A stretch of DNA of 64,000 nucleotides from Bradymonadia bacterium. Lineage in GTDB: Bacteria; Myxococcota_A; Bradymonadia; UBA7976; UBA1532. The stretch is taken from assembly GCA_046290225.1 (NCBI GenBank), contig JBKAGE010000071.1, forward strand, positions 96,001-160,000. The letters run 5' to 3'. Position numbers and translations under genes: made by a program. Numbering within the stretch: the first letter of the stretch is position 1; each line of letters starts with the position of its first letter. Below are positions 59,789-64,000 of this stretch, piece after piece. The notes beneath the pieces were generated by a model that saw only the letters and a program-made list of their open reading frames with translations, did no database searches and was not told the DNA's origin.

Positions 59789-62233
59789 TCAAATGTAGGG
59801 TGTCCAGCTCGGTCGGATGACGAGGAACTCGCTGGGTCTGAGGCCCACGCCCTTCGCCATGGCCTTGAGCTGCTTGCTCGTCGGCGGGCTGACCCTGGCG
59901 CCGCTCGAATGCATCAGAGCGGGCATGACCGTAGCCAGCCGGCGAGCTTGAGGTGCCTTCGACAACGCCTCCATGAGGGCTTCTCGGTGATCCTGCAGCC
60001 GATCGGCCTCGATTTGCAGTGTGGTCAGCTGAGGCAGCGCTTCGAGGAGCCCGTCGAGATCGTCGAATTCTTCCAACGCCAGTGGCCAGAACAGGCCCAG
60101 CAGGCATCGCCTCAGGCGCTCGGGCATCGCCTGCACCAGAGGGGCAAGTCGATCGAGGGGCTCGGCGTCTCCGTACCCTTTCACCAGACGCGACACCTGT
60201 ACGCGATCCTCAGCGAGCATCGACTGCACCGCGCTCCACTTCATGTCGGGCTCGATCTCAAGGGTGCTGCCGAAGGCCCGGGCGTACACGCCGGCCTTCA
60301 GGAGCGCGCGGTTCAGGGCTTCGTCTTCACACACCACCACCACGGGGCGGGCGTTGCTCAGCCACTTCACCATGGGTTCGAGCAGGTCCTCGAGTGGATC
60401 ATCTACATAAGAGACCCGCACGGCGAGGCGGCGAAGGTTGGCCCATCGCGGTTGAGCCACCTTCGGTGGTGCTTTGGAGAACAGCCGCGGCTGCAGTCTC
60501 ACGTCGAGCGAGACCACATGATCGAGATCGTCTCGCTGGAGCATGGCGTCGAAGGTGTCTTGCTCCTCAAGTTCGAGCTCTGCTTCGGCACAATCGAGGG
60601 CGTCGTATCCCGTGAACTTCATGGCCCAGGTCCAGAACGGGTGCTCCGGGAGGGCCGTGCCCAGCACCCCAGCCTTCGCCAGATGGTCGGCGATGCCTGC
60701 GCGTACCTCCTGCTGCTTGCCATTCACGAAGGTGGTTCGGGGCTGAATGGCTTCGTGCAGTGCAGTCAGGCCTTTGAGAAAGCCTTTCTGGGTGCCGTAG
60801 GTGTCCACCTGTATCTGGGTCAGGCCAGCGAGGTGAGGTGACTCTGCGAGGGCCTCGCACCACACACCGGCCGATTTGGCGTTGTCGCCCACGAACCCTG
60901 AGGTGATGTTCAGCGTGCGCACCAGGTCGAGGCGAGGATCCCGATCGGTCTGGTGATAGAACGCCAGCCAGCGGCGGGGGCAAATCCGCACAGCTTCAGG
61001 CCAAGTCTCCAGCGCTCGATTCAGCTCGGCGAGTCCGTCAGCGTCTCCCTGAAGTGCCAGGGCGTCTGCCACACCCGTGACCACCTCCCAGGCCTCGTCG
61101 GAGGCCCAGTCGAACAGTGCGCCATCGGTCCAATGGAGATCTCCAGCTGCGCGGCGAGCATCTTCGCCCTCGGCGAGGGCTACGGCGGTGGTGCGCAGCG
61201 GCATGGTGTCGTGGATGGGATGAGTCTCCACCTGCACACCGTGGGCCGTCAGCGTCTCGATGACGTCATCGCTCACTGCGCCGGTGAATGCCAGTGTGTT
61301 CAGGTTGGCCGTGAGTCCGCTGTGTATCAGAGCCTTCTCGAGGGTGATCCGGCCAGAGCGCCCTACGAAGCGCAGTCCGCGGGGCAGGACGGAGTGCACC
61401 GTCTTCAACGCCGAGGGTCGCTCAGGCCCCAGGCGACGATAGAGGGCCAGAAACACCTCTGCCTGGTCGCTGTGCAGGGTGAGCGTCTCTACGCGATCCC
61501 AGACCGAGGCCGAGGCGAGGGCGGTCGCCGCCGCCCGGGTGTCTGCGGCGAGGTTTTCATAGTACGGGCTGAGCTGCACCTGCAGAGTGCGCAGCGCCTC
61601 CAGGCCGGAGCCGACTGTTTTGAGCAGTTGCAGGTCGGCGAGTCCCCAGACCTGCACCGTGGTCAAGTCTCTGGCCCATGGGGCGGTGAGATAGGCCTCT
61701 GAGTGGCTGCAGAACAAGCAGAGGTGGCGCAGGCTGTCGAAGACCGTGGACTTGGGCAGGATGTCGGCGATCCGATCGCCTTCCTTGATCAGCAGCGTGT
61801 GTACCTGACGCATCAGATCAGCCCTGGCCATGGCCTGAAAGAAGGCCGCCTTGAGCCGGGTAGAAGAGTTCGACTCACCGATGTCGAAGACCTCGAGGTT
61901 GGGCAACTGGTCGGTGGCGAAGATGCGCTGTGCGGTGGCGGAGGGGATCCGGCTGTAGTGAAACGAGAGGGCGCGGACGATGCGGTACTTGGGGCTCTTG
62001 TGTCCCTTCACCAGGGCCTCGAGCCATCGCGCCGGAGCCCGTCGCAGCTCACCGGCTGCTTCGGTGAACGGATCGAGGGGCCGCCATTGATCCAGCAGAG
62101 GCTCCACAGCCTCGAGGGCGGCGTCGAGATCAGCCCCGCTGTATTGCTCGAGCGCCTCGGTGAGAGCGCTCCAGTGGGCTGCGCTGGGGGTCGTGGCGAG
62201 GGTCTCGAGTCGGGCGAGCTGAGTCAGAGTCAT
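59789..62233 (-). CDS. Degenerate LRR-like protein with duplicated helical module
   Basis: LPNLEVFDIG, LRHLCL, LEALRTLQV, LAGLTQIQV, LPQLTTLQI; N-terminal module recurs mid-protein. Confidence 0.75.
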   Translation of the reverse strand: MTLTQLARLETLATTPSAAHWSALTEALEQYSGADLDAALEAVEPLLDQWRPLDPFTEAAGELRRAPARWLEALVKGHKSPKYRIVRALSFHYSRIPSATAQRIFATDQLPNLEVFDIGESNSSTRLKAAFFQAMARADLMRQVHTLLIKEGDRIADILPKSTVFDSLRHLCLFCSHSEAYLTAPWARDLTTVQVWGLADLQLLKTVGSGLEALRTLQVQLSPYYENLAADTRAAATALASASVWDRVETLTLHSDQAEVFLALYRRLGPERPSALKTVHSVLPRGLRFVGRSGRITLEKALIHSGLTANLNTLAFTGAVSDDVIETLTAHGVQVETHPIHDTMPLRTTAVALAEGEDARRAAGDLHWTDGALFDWASDEAWEVVTGVADALALQGDADGLAELNRALETWPEAVRICPRRWLAFYHQTDRDPRLDLVRTLNITSGFVGDNAKSAGVWCEALAESPHLAGLTQIQVDTYGTQKGFLKGLTALHEAIQPRTTFVNGKQQEVRAGIADHLAKAGVLGTALPEHPFWTWAMKFTGYDALDCAEAELELEEQDTFDAMLQRDDLDHVVSLDVRLQPRLFSKAPPKVAQPRWANLRRLAVRVSYVDDPLEDLLEPMVKWLSNARPVVVVCEDEALNRALLKAGVYARAFGSTLEIEPDMKWSAVQSMLAEDRVQVSRLVKGYGDAEPLDRLAPLVQAMPERLRRCLLGLFWPLALEEFDDLDGLLEALPQLTTLQIEADRLQDHREALMEALSKAPQARRLATVMPALMHSSGARVSPPTSKQLKAMAKGVGLRPSEFLVIRPSWTPYI

Positions 62234-62339
62234 CTGGAATCGCCTGTCAGGTTGAGGTGCGGGGCCGCATCTTCAACGGGCTCATCTTCCAAATCCACCC
62301 TGCACACTCGGTGAGTATCCACAACAGCATGGCATCACC

Positions 62340-63293
62340 TCACGATCCGATGGTGATGATGGACTTGCCCTGGGTATGACCAGCGCACTGGTACGCCAGA
62401 GCCTGGGGGATCTCTGCCAGGGTGTATTGCTGATCGATGAGAGGCTGTATGGCGCCTGCATTGAGCATCTCCGCGAGGGTGGCGAGATCGTCAGCCTGAG
62501 GGCGAGCTGCGAACAGCTTTACATGTCGGCGGTGTCCCACCATGGACCAGAGGGTTTTGAAGAGCCACTCAGTACGGCCCACCGAGGAGACATAGACGCC
62601 ATCGGGTCGCAAGAGCCGTCGACACGCGGTGATGGAAGCGCTGCCCACAAGATCGAAGATGACATCGTAGCGTGCATCAGAGGCGGTGAAGTCTTCGGTC
62701 ATATAGTTCACCACGTGGTGGGCGCCGAGACTGCGGACACGGTCCAGGTTGCGGCCACTGCACACGCCCGTGACCTCGGCGCCGAGGGCCCGAGCCACCT
62801 GCACCGCGAAGGATCCTACGCCACCAGAGGCCCCGTTGATCAACACGCGATCCCCTGGGCTCACCTGGCCCACGTCTCGCAAGCCCTGTAGCGCCGTGAC
62901 ACCTGCCACCGGGATCGAGGCCGCGGTCTCGAAGCTCTGGCCTTCGGGGATAAGGGCGAAGGCGCTCTCTGAGGCGCAGGCATATTCAGCATAGGCACCT
63001 CTGATCTCCCCGAAGACGCGTTGACCCGTTGTGAAGCGGGTGACTTCACTGCCTACGGCGTCCACGACCCCCGCGGCGTCCATGCCCATGATGGGCTGCC
63101 GGGGTTTGAAGAGACCCAGGAACAGCCGCGAGAGCCACGGCCGCCCCGTGAGCGTGACCCAGTCCCCGAAGTTCACCGACGAGGCCGCGAGCCGAATTCG
63201 AATCTCTCGTGGTCCGGGCTCGGGGCGGGCCATGGAGACCAGCTCGAGGGTCTCCGGGCCGCCGTACGTGGTGTGGGTGATGGCCTGCATCAT
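62340..63293 (-). CDS. NAD(P)-dependent MDR-family oxidoreductase (quinone reductase-like)
   Basis: YGGPETL, SVNFGD, GAYAEY, VLINGASGGVGSFAVQVA. Confidence 0.92.
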   Translation of the reverse strand: MMQAITHTTYGGPETLELVSMARPEPGPREIRIRLAASSVNFGDWVTLTGRPWLSRLFLGLFKPRQPIMGMDAAGVVDAVGSEVTRFTTGQRVFGEIRGAYAEYACASESAFALIPEGQSFETAASIPVAGVTALQGLRDVGQVSPGDRVLINGASGGVGSFAVQVARALGAEVTGVCSGRNLDRVRSLGAHHVVNYMTEDFTASDARYDVIFDLVGSASITACRRLLRPDGVYVSSVGRTEWLFKTLWSMVGHRRHVKLFAARPQADDLATLAEMLNAGAIQPLIDQQYTLAEIPQALAYQCAGHTQGKSIITIGS

Positions 63294-63416
63294 CTGATCT
63301 CTCCTACGAACATGGGCCACTGAGTACATGGCCAGCGAAAGATGAGATCAGTGTGGCGGTGCAACTGCGTGCAGTCGATGATCGATGTCTCGCACCGGAT
63401 GTGCAAAAATGAACAG

Positions 63417-64000
63417 ATGGATTGGGATGATCTTCAATATGTGCTTGCCGTGCATCGCCAACACAGTCTGAGTGGTGCTGCGCAACAGCTCGGGGTGACC
63501 CACACCACGGTGGGGCGACGTCTCAAGGGACTTGAGGCGCACCTGGGTGTGCGGCTGTTCGATCGCACGCCCGACGGTTACGTCACCACCATCGCCGGAG
63601 AGGAGATCGTCGCCGCTGCACAACAAATGGAAGAGGTGGCCCTCACCGCAGAGGGTCGGGTGCTCGGTCGAGACGTCAGGTTGCAGGGACCCCTGCGCGT
63701 CTCCACCATGGACACGTTGTTTCAGCAACACATCGAGGCCTTTGCTTCGTTTCGCACCCGGTACCCCCTCATCGAACTCACGGTGTGCATCAGCGACGAC
63801 GAGGTCTCGCTCACGCGTCGAGATGCCGATGTGGCCCTGCGCATGACCAACACCCCACCGCCCTACCTCGTGGGACGACAGATCGGCCACCTCGACTTCG
63901 CCGTCTATGGCCTCGCTGCGTGGGTGGAAGAGCGAGGTGAAGAGGCAGGGTACGCCGCCTATCCATGGTTGCACTGGGACGAACGGTCCAACACCCGCTG
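63417..64000 (+). CDS. LysR family regulator, partial (runs off window end)
   Basis: Not in the ORF track. Manual translation gives MDWDDLQYVLAVHRQHSLSGAAQQLGVTHTTVGRRLKGLEAHLGVRLFDR; divergent from the MDR gene. Confidence 0.92.
   Translation, partial: MDWDDLQYVLAVHRQHSLSGAAQQLGVTHTTVGRRLKGLEAHLGVRLFDRTPDGYVTTIAGEEIVAAAQQMEEVALTAEGRVLGRDVRLQGPLRVSTMDTLFQQHIEAFASFRTRYPLIELTVCISDDEVSLTRRDADVALRMTNTPPPYLVGRQIGHLDFAVYGLAAWVEERGEEAGYAAYPWLHWDERSNTR

Overview
GC-rich, densely coding bacterial chromosome segment. The gene content (many Cys-rich lipoproteins, CxGxDxDCDG repeats, a GKAD motif, a Hanks kinase with PEGA, an MXAN_5187-type domain) suggests a myxobacterium- or Bradymonadia-like organism; this is inference. 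Housekeeping genes: argA, methylmalonyl-CoA mutase operon (small subunit, large subunit, meaB), srkA/rdoA, a DnaQ-like exonuclease, a NUDIX hydrolase and purL. Accessory content: about 10 predicted lipoproteins, a 2070-aa signal-peptide-bearing SpvB/FG-GAP/Rhs toxin with no adjacent immunity gene, two LRR-like proteins sharing a duplicated helical module, an intact Lhr-like helicase with degenerate catalytic motifs, a protein carrying an EF-Tu domain III-like region, and a Tat-exported superoxide-reductase-like lipoprotein. Non-coding structure is the most striking part. There are two copies of a ~480-bp GTAG-tipped REPIN-like palindromic element (11.8 kb and 50.7 kb), with within-copy arm homogenisation and swapped internal mini-hairpins. 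A separate ~430-bp element bounded by inverted (GGGCAC)n tracts lies at 25.4 kb. I saw no rRNA, tRNA, CRISPR array or transposase. All calls are by-eye motif recognition; no searches were run.
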